A DNA stretch of 64,000 nucleotides, taken from NCBI RefSeq assembly GCF_009914755.1, contig NC_060932.1; one strand, written 5' to 3'. Both the position numbers and the translations under genes were made by a program. The notes below the pieces were generated by a model, which was not told the DNA's origin, made no database searches, and saw only the letters and a list, made by a program, of their open reading frames with translations. Positions 12,431 through 23,224 of the stretch are shown here, piece by piece (the stretch's first letter is position 1; each line of letters opens with the position of its first letter). Source of the stretch: the human T2T-CHM13v2.0 reference genome, Homo sapiens.

Positions 12431-15400
12431 GTCTAATCTTATTCTTATCTGAAAACTTTGGGAGACATAATAAGATTCTTCAAAGTTAATTCTTCCAGCC
12501 ATAGTCAGATTTCCCAGTGCCAGGATATGCATAGTCTTGACAATTTACTTTAGTTCATCAGCAAAGTAGGAGAACCAACAGCACCCTACCCAATGAATTG
12601 TATTATTCCAAAATAAAACAAATCAGAATTTTGACCTCCTTTTATAGATTCTCTTGCCTTTATTTTAAATATTGTCTGTGTATGTAAGGGAACAACATCA
12701 TAATCTATTCATTAAGAGCTTTAAAGTGTTAACCTGGCCTTGGCCAGTCAGATAGAAAGGTAGCAGAATAATGAATGCAATAACCTACTGTTAAAGAATT
12801 TGGGTGATCCTTGTGAACTACTCACACTTTTTCCAGAAGCTTCTAAAGGTTTTCTCACATTAATACCTTTGCTTATATTATTCCTCTCTTCCTTAAGTAT
12901 AAAAATTGTATCTGTAACTGAAGGCCCAGTTGTCTGTAGAACACCTCAAGAGAAAGTGATTACTTCTTCCTTAAAGAAAATTTGTGGATTCCAGAATGCT
13001 GTCCTCTGACATGTCAAAATAGATATGCAAATATATTCCTAACTATACATATCTTATTTAAGGTATACATAGTCTCTTCAGCTAAATTTTAAACATTTCA
13101 ACAGTAGGACACTCTATTTTATATCTTTCATTTTTCTCATAACACCTATCTACTGAACATGTAATTAATAGGCATTGAGTATATTTGGATTGGTCAGCCA
13201 TATCTACGTTTTCCTTTTCTGTGGAGTTAAAGACCATAGTAAAGATAAAGGTATGTAAACCTTTATTATTCCTTAACTGTATAGGAACTGTGTGTCTATA
13301 ACGTGCTGAATGAAATTATTCACTGTTCCTTCTTATTTCATTACCCCTCAAATGCCATCTTTCAGATTATTTTATTATATTTTAAAGTACCAGAAAAAGA
13401 TAGAGATAATGTATTAGCTAAATGTAGGAAGACAGAGAGAGAGCCATACTTACTTAAATTAACCTATTTAGTATATTTGAAAACATTTAGATTTTCTGCA
13501 GAGTTTTCCCACAGAATGTTCTGTCTTGTTAATGAAAACTCTGGAGGGAGAGAGGTGGAGGGTGAGAGGTGAGGAAAGATAAGAATTTGGATGTGTGTTT
13601 CTCACAGGGCAGCAAGTGGTGGGAGACTTTGACCTAGACCCCTAAAGCTTATCTTGCATATTTGTTAATCATGTGGAAGAGGGAACACACAGATTTTAAA
13701 CTGTTAACCACAACACAAACCACACATGTGAAAGGGTAGGAATGGAACATGAAAGCAAGGTTCCAAGTTTTTCAATTCTGCATTTTTTTGAAAAACTTTT
13801 CCTATGTTCATACCATAAAGAACAAATCAAAATGTGATGAGGTAAACATTCTATATAGTCATGCGATGAGATCACAGTTAAATACTAACATATTTCTTTC
13901 CAGTATTCCCTTGAAAGTGTTTGCGTCTATTGCTTTCCAGTTCACAAGTAGCTTTGCTCTTCCCTTCTTGGTACTAAAAATTATCTTGGACCGTTCTAGA
14001 TTTTCTTTTCCAAACAAAACACAAAATTATGTATTGCAGATGTGAATTCTTTAGATTAAACATAGGATCATAGTTTAAGGTTTAAAGATAAGGTATAGCA
14101 GTCAAAATGTTTGCAGAGTATACTTTATCAAATATATATCATTTAATATCCCCAATGTGCCTACACTGTTGCCCACTATGCAAAATAATTCTTGTTGTTG
14201 TCTTGCTCTTGATAAAATCTAGTTATTTTTAAGTCTCTCTACCCAATATTAACCTGCAAGCAAGCTTAATGTTACTATAGGGATGGAGTCTGATATGCCT
14301 AAAAAAATTATATTTGGAAAATATCAATTATGTCTTTTCTCAAACAAATACATTCCTTAAATACAGGAACAGTATGTAAGGGGTACATAGTAGGTCAAGC
14401 AAACTTCATATAAACTTTATGTATACTCCAAATACATAATCAGTGTATAATTGAATCACTCAATAATGTAGACAATTGACTTGACCTTAAGACCTGGTTT
14501 ACTGAGAGCCAGAATTGGGATTATTTCTATTAAACAATAATTCAACATCTCATTCAGGCTTCTTAGTTAGATTCACTGATGACTCAAGACAAATTTCTTT
14601 TAAAATGATAACTTGTCCACTATTCTATTGTTTGTATTACAACTATTTTCTACATTATTTACATTATTACATTATTTCTAATACATTTATTTTCTATAAA
14701 ACATGATTCTGTTTGTCTCTATATTGGAAAAAATCCAGAATGCTATTGTATGATTCAAAATAAAGTCATAAAATTCTGCTCTGAATGTCCCTCTTACAAT
14801 TCAGAATTTTATGATATTATGCACCTCTTAATTTCATTAGATTTAATATCATTTTGTTGGCTTACATATGTAACAAAAGCCTAGAGAGATACCTGATTCC
14901 TAGATGGGCTGGTTGCAGTATTAATGTTTGCCATGTAACAATCATGTTTAAATTAGCCGTTTACGCTGTGTAAGAGCAAGTCGTTTATTGGTGCCTCATC
15001 AAATGTGCATTATTTCTCCACTGCTTTTCATAAGATTTCAGCAGCTGAGGGTGTGATGGCTGTGGAGGTGGTCTGGGCCAGTGACCTGAGGACTGGAAAA
15101 TCATTGACAATCTGATATGGAAGATGGCTACACACAACGTTATCGTTCTTCCTGGCTCGTAAGTGAAGATAAGAGGCTATGGCAGTGAGATTTCCATTTG
15201 TTGAAATGTATGCTATAAAAATTCAATGTTTTCTTGCTAGACCCTATCTGTCTATCTATATATACAACCTGCCCATTAGCCACCTCATACATTTTATCAA
15301 CACTTCATACTTCATTTTCTTCCTTTGACCTCAGGAAGATTCCCAAATCATTCTAAAGCCCATTAGTATCTCTGAACACTCACAAGAAATCCATAAATGA

Positions 15401-15824
15401 TTTCTTAATGGTCATTACTAAAGAAGATTAGGTAATTTTGGATTGGCTAGAAGTCATTTTGTGGAGACATAAAAAAATCTTTAATATGCAAATTCTCTTG
15501 TTCTCTTTTGTTAATACTATCATTTTCCCTTTAAGTGTGTAAAAATAATTCAAAATGTTTACCACTCAACAAATCAGTACAATCAATGTGCAAATTCCAT
15601 TTTCTTTCTCCGTTATTACTTGGGTTTTTAGAGAGAACAAGGTTGCAAAACTACTATAGTTTACAACTAGAGTGAGGAATCTTTCAGATTGACCTCCCTC
15701 CTCCCACACTTCCAGATGGTCCCTTGAATAAAGCAAGCTATAGACAAAGGGCTCTGTCATATGGTATCCAGCTCCTGTGGGCATCTATGCCATCTGGGAA
15801 ATGATCTATAGTGATGTGGGAGAT

Positions 15825-16050
15825 AGTATGACATAGAAACATGGGATTTAGAACAATACAGAAGGAATCCAAATTCTTGCTTCACCATAGTTGAGCTGTG
15901 TGCTTTAAGTAAGTCACCTGTAAAGTAGGGATAATGCTAATCATGACCGCCTATGGTTGTTGTAAAGAAAAAAATGAGATAACAAATTAAAATTCCTAGC
16001 ACAGTGCCTGTTATACAGTAAGCACTCAATAGAGTTTAACCATTACTCTT
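15825..16050 (+). mobile_element. MIR SINE
   Basis: gctgtgtgctttaagtaagtcac...ctgtaaagtagggataat...cctagcacagtgcctgttatacagtaagcactcaata. Confidence 0.7.
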
Positions 16051-16248
16051 ATTTCTGCTTCTGTACTCAAGAAAGTACATTGAGAAGACTTCTCATACTC
16101 AAAGGGGAGGAACCTTTTGCAATGTGGTCACTAAAGGAATACTTCAAGAGGGTTAAGAAAAAATATCCTAAATGAGAGACCAGAATTTTCACTGAGACCC
16201 ATAGTGAGGGGAATGATGCTGATTATTGGGGCTTATTAAGAGTCAAAT

Positions 16249-16556
16249 TGTCCATGCATGATGGCTCACACCTTTAATCCCAGCAGTTTGGGAAGCTGAG
16301 GCGGATGTTTGACTTGAGGTCAGGAGTTTGAGACCAGCCTGGGCAATATGGTGAAACCTCGTCTCTTCTAAAAATACAAAAACATTAGCTGGGTATGGTG
16401 GTGCATGCCTGTAATCCCAGCTACTCACGAGGCTGATGAGGCAGGAGGATCGCTTAAGACTGGGTGGTGAAGGTTGCAATTAACTGAAGTGGTGCCACTG
16501 CATTCCAGCCTGGGTAACAGACCAAAACACTGTCTCAAAAATAAAAAATAAAATAA
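16249..16556 (+). mobile_element. AluJ-type full-length Alu
   Basis: Dimeric Alu with AluJ-like gcctgggcaa and ggaggatcgctt, and an A-rich tail. The TSD is aagagtcaaa (16238-16247) / aatagtcaaa (16557-16566). Confidence 0.92.
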
Positions 16557-16779
16557 AATAGTCAAAGCAACTTTACAAATAAAGACTCAGAATGGCTTGC
16601 AGTTTGACTCCCTGAGTTATGCTCAGGATCATCACTTACCTTGGTACATTAGTTGATAGTCTGGTCTATAATGGAAGTTGACCTAAGTTGCAATAATCTG
16701 GTTAGAGGCTATAGAGTTATCTCAAACTAATTTATCACCTTTTTGAATGTATAGAAAAAACATTTGTCTGTATTTGCAC

Positions 16780-16906
16780 TCAACCTAGAACACTTCAGGA
16801 ACCAAATGTTTAGGTTCTCGTCCTGCAAAAACTCAGTTCTCTGCAGACACCAACTAAGTGTCCTGTAATTGAATTCAATTTTGATACTATCTACCTGGGG
16901 TTAGTG
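16780..16906. mobile_element. MER21/MER4-group LTR fragment, truncated at the L1 junction
   Basis: gacaccaactaagtgtcctgtaattgaattcaattttgatactatctacctggggttagtg matches the recalled MER21-group motif tgtcctctaattcaattcaattctgacactatctacctggag. Confidence 0.65.
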
Positions 16907-17581
16907 CAGCTTCATCTATGTCCCTGCAAAGGACATGAACTCATCCTTTTTTATGGCTGCATAGTATTTTATGGTGTATACATGCCACATTTTCTTTATC
17001 CAGTCTATCATTGATGAGCATTTGGTTTGGTTCCAAGTCTTTGCTATTGTAAATAGTGCTGCAATAAACATACATGTACATGTGTCTTTATAGTAGAATG
17101 ATTTATAATCCTTTGGGTATATACCCAGAAATGAGATGGCTGGGTCAAATGGTATTTCTGGTTCTAGATCCTTGAGAAATTGCCACACTGTCTGCCATAA
17201 TGGTTGAACTAATTTATACTTCCACCAAAGGTATAAAAACATTTTTAGTTCTCCACATCCTCGCCAGCATCTGTTATTTCCTGACTTTTTAATGATTGCC
17301 ATTCTATCTGGCATGAGATGGTATCTCACTGTGGTTTTGATTTGCATTTCTCTAATGACCAGTGATGGTGAGATTTTTTTTTCATATGTTTGTTGGCCAC
17401 ATAAATGTCTTCTTTTGAAAAGTGTCTGTTAATATCCTTTGCCCACTTTTTAATGGTGTTGTTTGTTTTTTTCTTGTAAGTTTGTTTAAGTTTCTTGTAC
17501 ACTCTGGATATTAGACCTTTGTCAGATGGATAGATTGCAAAAATTTTTTCCCATTCTGTAGATTGCCTGTCCATTCTGATG
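16907..17581 (-). mobile_element. L1PA ORF2 C-terminal segment (antisense), no 3' UTR or poly(A)
   Basis: Minus-strand translations match the ORF2 C-terminus ([17 protein letters not shown]; [11 protein letters not shown]; CWRGCGE; IPFDPAI; MFIAALFTIAKTWNQ; DEFMSFAGT). Confidence 0.95.
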
Positions 17582-19348
17582 TGCTAACTAGAATAACCAG
17601 TTTAGAGGAGAACATAATTGACCTGATGGAGCTGAAAAACACAGCACGAGAACTTCATAAAGCATACACAAGTATCAATAGCCAAATCAATCAAGTGCAA
17701 GAAAGGATATCAGAGATTGAAGATCAACTTACCAAAATAAGGTGTCAAGACAAGATTAGAGAAAAAAGAATGAAAAGGAAAAAACAAAGACTTCAAGAAA
17801 TATGGGACTATGTGAAAAGACCAAGCCTATGATTGATTGGTATACCTGAAAGTGACAGGGAGAATGGAACCAAGTTGGAAAACACACTTCAGGATATTAT
17901 CCAGGAGAAGTTCCCCAACCTAGTAAGAAAGGCCAACATCCAAATTCAACAAATACAGAGAACACCACTAAGATACTCATAGACAAGAGCAACCCCAAGA
18001 CACATAATTGTCAGATTCTCCAAGGTTGAAATGAGGGAAAAATTATTAAGGGCAGCCAGCGAGAAAGGTCAGGTTACCTACAAAGGGAAGCCCATCAGAC
18101 TGAGAGTGGATATCTCTGCAGAAACCCTACCAGTCAGAAGAGAGTGGGGGCCAACATTCAACATTCTTAAATAAAATAATTTTCAACCCAGAATTTTATA
18201 TCTGGTCAAACAAAGCTTTATAAGCAAAGGAGAAATAAAATCCTTTCCAGACAAGAAAATGCTGAGGGATTTTGTCACCACCAGGCCTGCCTTACAAGAG
18301 CTCCTGAAAGAAGCACTAAATATGGAAATGAAAAACTGGTACCAGCCACTGCAAAAACACACCAAAATATAAAAACCAATGACACTATGAAGAAACTGCT
18401 TCAACTAATGTGCAAAATAACCAGCGAGCATCTTGATTACAGGATCAAATTCAGACATAACAATATTAACCTTAAATGTAAATGGGCTAAATGCTCCAAT
18501 CAAAATACACAGACTGGCAAATTGGATAAATAATCAAGACCCATCAATGTGCTGTATTCAGGATATCCATCTCACATGCAAAGACATGCATAGGCTCAAA
18601 ATAAAGGAATGGGGGAATATTTACCAAACAAATGGAAAGCAAAAAAAAAGCAGGGGTTACAATCCTAGTCTCTGAGATAACAGACTTTAAACCAACAAAG
18701 ATCAAAATGACAAAGAAGGGCATTACATAAAAGGATCAATGCAACTAGAAGATCTAACTATCCTAAATATATAGGCACCCAATACAAGAGCACCCAGATT
18801 CATAAAACAAGTTATTAGAGATCTACAAAGAGACTTAGACTCCCACACAATAATAGTGGGAGACTTTAACACCCCAATGTCAATATTAGACAGATCGACG
18901 AGACAGAAAATTCACAAGGATATTCAGGACTTGAACTCAGCTATGGACCAAGTGGACCTAATAGACATGTACAGAACTCTCCATCCCAAATCAACAGAAT
19001 ATACATTCTTCTCAGCACTACATAGCACTTATTCTAAAATCGACCATGTCATTGGAAGTAAAACACACCTCAGCAAATGCAAGGAAATCATAACAAAGAG
19101 TCTCTCAGACCACAGTGCAATCAAATTAGAACTCAGGATTAAGAAATTCACTCAAAACTGGAGGACTACATGGAAATAGTGGGTATTTACTAATAGTGAG
19201 TTATTTACTGGGTAAATAATGAAATTAAGGCAGAAATCAAAAAGTTCTTTGAAACTAATGAGAAAAAAGAGACAATGTACCAGAATCTCTAGGACACAGC
19301 TAAAGCAGTGTTAAGAGGGAAATTTATAGCACTAAATGCCCACATCAG
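17582..19348 (+). mobile_element. L1PA7/8-like segment: ORF1 3' part, spacer and ORF2 endonuclease domain (disrupted)
   Basis: ORF1-like LTRITSLEENIIDLMELKNTAREL...LQEIWDYVKRP has a premature stop at 17830-17832. ORF2 endonuclease motifs are present (ITILTLNVNGLNAPIK, GDFNTP, YSKIDH, SDHSAIKLE), with frameshifts and stops. Confidence 0.95.
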
Positions 19349-19679
19349 TTCCATGTCACAGGAGTCATGAGTCTACCCCAGCAGTTCAGGACACAAGGCA
19401 GGAACCAGCCCTGGACAAGACCCTGTTTCATTGTGGGGCACACTCACTCAGTCACATACACCTACACTCACTCATACCGGGACCAAATAGACATGGAAAT
19501 TCACTTCATGTGCACATCTTTAGAATGTGGGAAGAAATTAAAGTCCTGAAGAAAAGCCACTTGGACATGGGAAGAACACTACATGGAGAGTGGCATGGGC
19601 TGGGAATAGATTTTTTTTTCCATTGTTGTTATCATGAATAGTATTGAACAAGACTACCAGGTTATTCCAGGACGTGAGG
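19349..19679. mobile_element. MER6-type DNA transposon, one half only
   Basis: caaggcaggaaccagccctggacaagac...gcacatctttagaatgtgggaagaaa...gacatgggaagaac...gttattccaggac matches one end of MER6. It is followed by TA and an MLT1 LTR terminus (ctttgctatggcagctctagcaatctaacaca). Confidence 0.75.
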
Positions 19680-20057
19680 TACTTTGCTATGGCAGCTCTA
19701 GCAATCTAACACAGATGCTTAATAAAAAGTGTCCTGAAGTGGTGTTGGTGAGGTCATGGGTGCTGCAGGTAGTGGAGTGTGAAGGAACACAGCCTCCAAG
19801 CCCGAAAGGGTATTGCCAGTTTGAATGTGATTTGATTCTGTTAGGTCACCTGGGAAAAACAGGATTGTAGAACTTTACCCTCCTTTAGCTTTCCGAGAAT
19901 TTTTGAAGCATGGTTAGAATAACTCTCCCATTTGCTTTCCACTTGGTGTCAAAAGCACACTCAAAACACTCAGCATATTTAGGTAGAGACTTGTATTTGG
20001 TTTGAGACTAATGGGAAGAAGCTATGAAACTTACTTCTAATTTATCTTCTTTTCCTT

Positions 20058-20242
20058 GTAAATTGGTTTAAGTTGCTTAAAGATGCCGGATATTAGACCT
20101 TTGTCGGATGCATAGTTTGCAAACACTTCTGCCCGTTCTGTAGGTTGTCTGTTTACTCTGTGAATAGTTTCTTTTGCTGTACAGAGGCTCTTAGGTTCCC
20201 ATTTGTCAACTTTTGCTTTTGTTGCGATTGCTTCTGGTGCCC
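20058..20242 (-). mobile_element. Short internal L1 ORF2 fragment with a 12-bp TSD and no tail
   Basis: gtaaattggtttaag...gatattagacctttgtcggatgcatagtttgc...cccatttgtcaacttttgcttttgttgcgattgc is antisense L1 ORF2. It is flanked by CTTCTTTTCCTT at 20046-20057 and 20243-20254. Confidence 0.85.
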
Positions 20243-20379
20243 CTTCTTTTCCTTATTCCTCTATTTTTGTAAATCAATCTCAGATGTTAGAAAACATCAA
20301 ATAGAAATGTTTCTACTTTTGTTTTGACCAATACAAGCCACTGGGGGTGTAGATAGTTAGATTAAATTAATTAATAACA

Positions 20380-20720
20380 TATCCATTCCAAGCTGTTTTT
20401 TATCAGAAATTTATTGAGCTCTTACTATAAGTCAGGCATTGTGCCCAATTGACATTAGAGCTTCAACCCAGGTAAGATTTTGTTCCTACCCTCATGGGAG
20501 GCTTACCATTTCAACTGGGAGGCAGGTGAGTGAACAGAAGGCCACAGTAGAGATTAATAGTTACAGAATAACTCAGTGATGCTATAAGAATGCACAGGAA
20601 GGACGTTATCCCAGCCTAGAGAATATTGGAGAGGCTGTGACAGGCTTCAAGCTGTAGATGATACAGGACATGTGAATGAATTTTTTCAGGAAGATTAAGT
20701 ATAGGGGAAAGGAAAAAGGA
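20380..20720 (-). mobile_element. L2 3' region, degenerate
   Basis: aaatttattgagctcttactataagtcaggcattgtg...gttcctaccctcatgggaggcttac resembles the reverse complement of the L2 3' end. Confidence 0.65.
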
Positions 20721-21959
20721 TGGACAGTAACTAGAGTGTATGATAGGACAGAAAAAATGCTATCTTTAAGAAAGAAGAGGTAACAACACTGTGGTGCATA
20801 CTTAAAAATTTGCTAAGTGGATAGCTCTTGTTTTCTTATCACAGATAACAATAACAAAAATAATTAATAATTTGTACTCTATTTTCTTGAATTTTTCCAT
20901 GTTTACCAATGACAATGCATATATTTATCATTAGAAAATGCAATGATGTTATAAATTTTAAAAGATGATGAGAAATTTATAGAAAATTAGTTTATTTAAA
21001 TAAACCTCTAACTACCATTTCAAGGACCATGATTAAATAAAAATTACCTAAGAAAGAAAGAAATAAGTGAAAGTCACATGAAGTAGAAAATGAACAAATT
21101 TGGGAGTTAGGATTCATTCACTCATTCAATGAACATTTATTGCTCATTGTTAGATTAACATGTTAATATGTTAGATTAGTCATTTTGGACTTCATGGAAA
21201 AGGCCTAGGTTTGCCTCTTGGCTGTGTCATTTTCTTACTATGTGGTTTCTGAGTAAGTCAGTAACCTAATGTGGGAGTCTCTGAACCTTAATTTCCTTAT
21301 TGACAAAATGAGAGTTGGACCAGGATCACTCTCAGTTCTAAAATGATTCTCTGATGAACATTAAGTAGAACATGTTCTTCTAGTTTGCATGAGTAAAATT
21401 TAAGATTGGTTCATTCTAGTTCAGAACACCGTGGGCTCAGAGTTTACAAAGTTAATGATTCCGTACTGGGAAGAAGAGTGTTCAAATAATGGTCCCATTA
21501 GGCAGCAATCCTCTTCTTTCAGAGTAATAAAAAAATCACACATTTATGACTTGCATGAAATAAAAACCTCAAGCCTTGGTTGTTTCTGTGAAAAATCTGT
21601 CATCTCTGTGCAAAGTGGTTTTTATCACTCAGAGGATTACTGTAATAATCGCTGACTTTTTCCCCCACCATTTTATACTTGTTCTTTCCCCAAGAAACAA
21701 TAGGATTTTATAGGATTTTTACATTTCTTTATGAGCCATCATTACTCAATTGTGATAATACTAAGTTTTGAAGGGCAAGAACCATCACTGGCTCAGGAGA
21801 AATTTGTCAAGCAAATAAAAAATTTGTGCTGCTATCTCTTCCCTCTCTGATTAGGCTAAGCATCACTCCTTTCTTTTTCTACCTGAATCTCAGCTGTCTT
21901 TTCATTTAGGTTGGTTGGTAATGAATAACTGACACTTATAAGCTAGTAATTATGAACTT

Positions 21960-22145
21960 AAGATTTGATCTCATGTATTCCTTATGAGAATCCACAATGA
22001 ATATAACATTATCCTTTTTCACAGGTAAGGAAATTGAGACTCTGAGATATTGGATAAGGTTCTCAACACCATATAAGCAGTGAGTGCTAGAGCTGGGATT
22101 GGAACCAGTTTTGTTTATCTTCCAGTCTTTGTTCTTATCCATCTT
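21960..22145 (-). mobile_element. MIR SINE
   Basis: attatcctttttcacaggtaaggaaattgagactctgaga...agagctgggattggaacc. Confidence 0.7.
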
Positions 22146-23152
22146 ACTATGTTCTCTCTCTCTGGAAGATTTAGCTGGCTCCCCAGTGAGCATGCTTGTG
22201 GAATTGTCAGCATCAATACTGATTTCCAAATGCTCTCTAATGGATCTTAGCCATGTTCCTTGCCTTGTTTCAGTGGTGACCACCCTTGTGTAAAGATTTG
22301 GGGCAACTAAACCTCTTTTGCTTGCCATGTCATGAGGCATAAATTTTCTAATATATGCATTTTTAAGCAATCAAGCATTATTTGGATAGGGCAAATGTTT
22401 GGTATTTTATTTTATTTGGTTTCAACAGGAAAATTACTTTGCAGAAATCTTGAAGAAAAGTATCTTTCTCTAAAGGAAGTGAATACAAGCCAAAGAGAGA
22501 AAAGCAATTTACCACGTAGAAGATGACAAAAGTTACCGGCAAACTGAGGCTACTCACTGACATTTCCCATGGGCATCAAGAGAAGAGGAAGAGCATGGGC
22601 ACAGAACACAAAGCAGTCACCTGGAGTGTTTTTATGGCCATATGACTTAACATTCTGGTGGGAGAATTGCAACTGAAACAGAATAACTGGAGAAGCCACA
22701 ATAAAAAACTCTCCTCCCCACCTCCATCCCCAAAAAATGGCATTTATAGAATACCAGCTGATGAAATAAGCTTAAAAGCAAGAAGAGAAAAATCATGTTT
22801 TGGCACTTGTAGAGGGAGTTGCTGGGCATGCTTTAACATTATTTAGCTTATATGTTCAACCAAATGCTACTCCTATTTCCCCCTATAAATTACTCCTCCT
22901 CTCTCCCAACACTGTACATTAGCTCAAAATCCATGAATCATTTTGGAAAGACAGCTGTCCTGTGGGCCTGTTGTAACTTTCTGAGACATCCTGCAGAATA
23001 AGGCTACCCACACCAGTTGGAAAGATATTCCACTCTTTCCAAACCTTTTCCTTTGTTCATGGATGGGCTCTCCATTTCCCTCCTTTACTCTGGCAATGTG
23101 GCTGATTTTCAGGGGACTCTTCACTCTAAGAAAACCGAGACCACTGCTCCTC

Positions 23153-23224
23153 TTTAGGCATGTGGGGAAAGAGTTTCCTCAACTTAACATTTAGGCATGT
23201 GGGGAAAGTTTCCTCAACTTAACA
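23153..23224. repeat. Tandem duplication of a 37-bp unit (second copy 35 bp)
   Basis: tttaggcatgtggggaaagagtttcctcaacttaaca is followed by tttaggcatgtggggaaagtttcctcaacttaaca. Confidence 0.95.

Noticed and set aside
17582-19348. Active or full-length L1
   Set aside because: It lacks the 5' UTR and RT domain and contains stops and frameshifts.
23153-23224. CRISPR-length direct repeat or duplicated NF-kB site
   Set aside because: There are only two abutting copies with no spacer, and GGGAAAGTTTCC does not fit the 10-bp kB consensus spacing.
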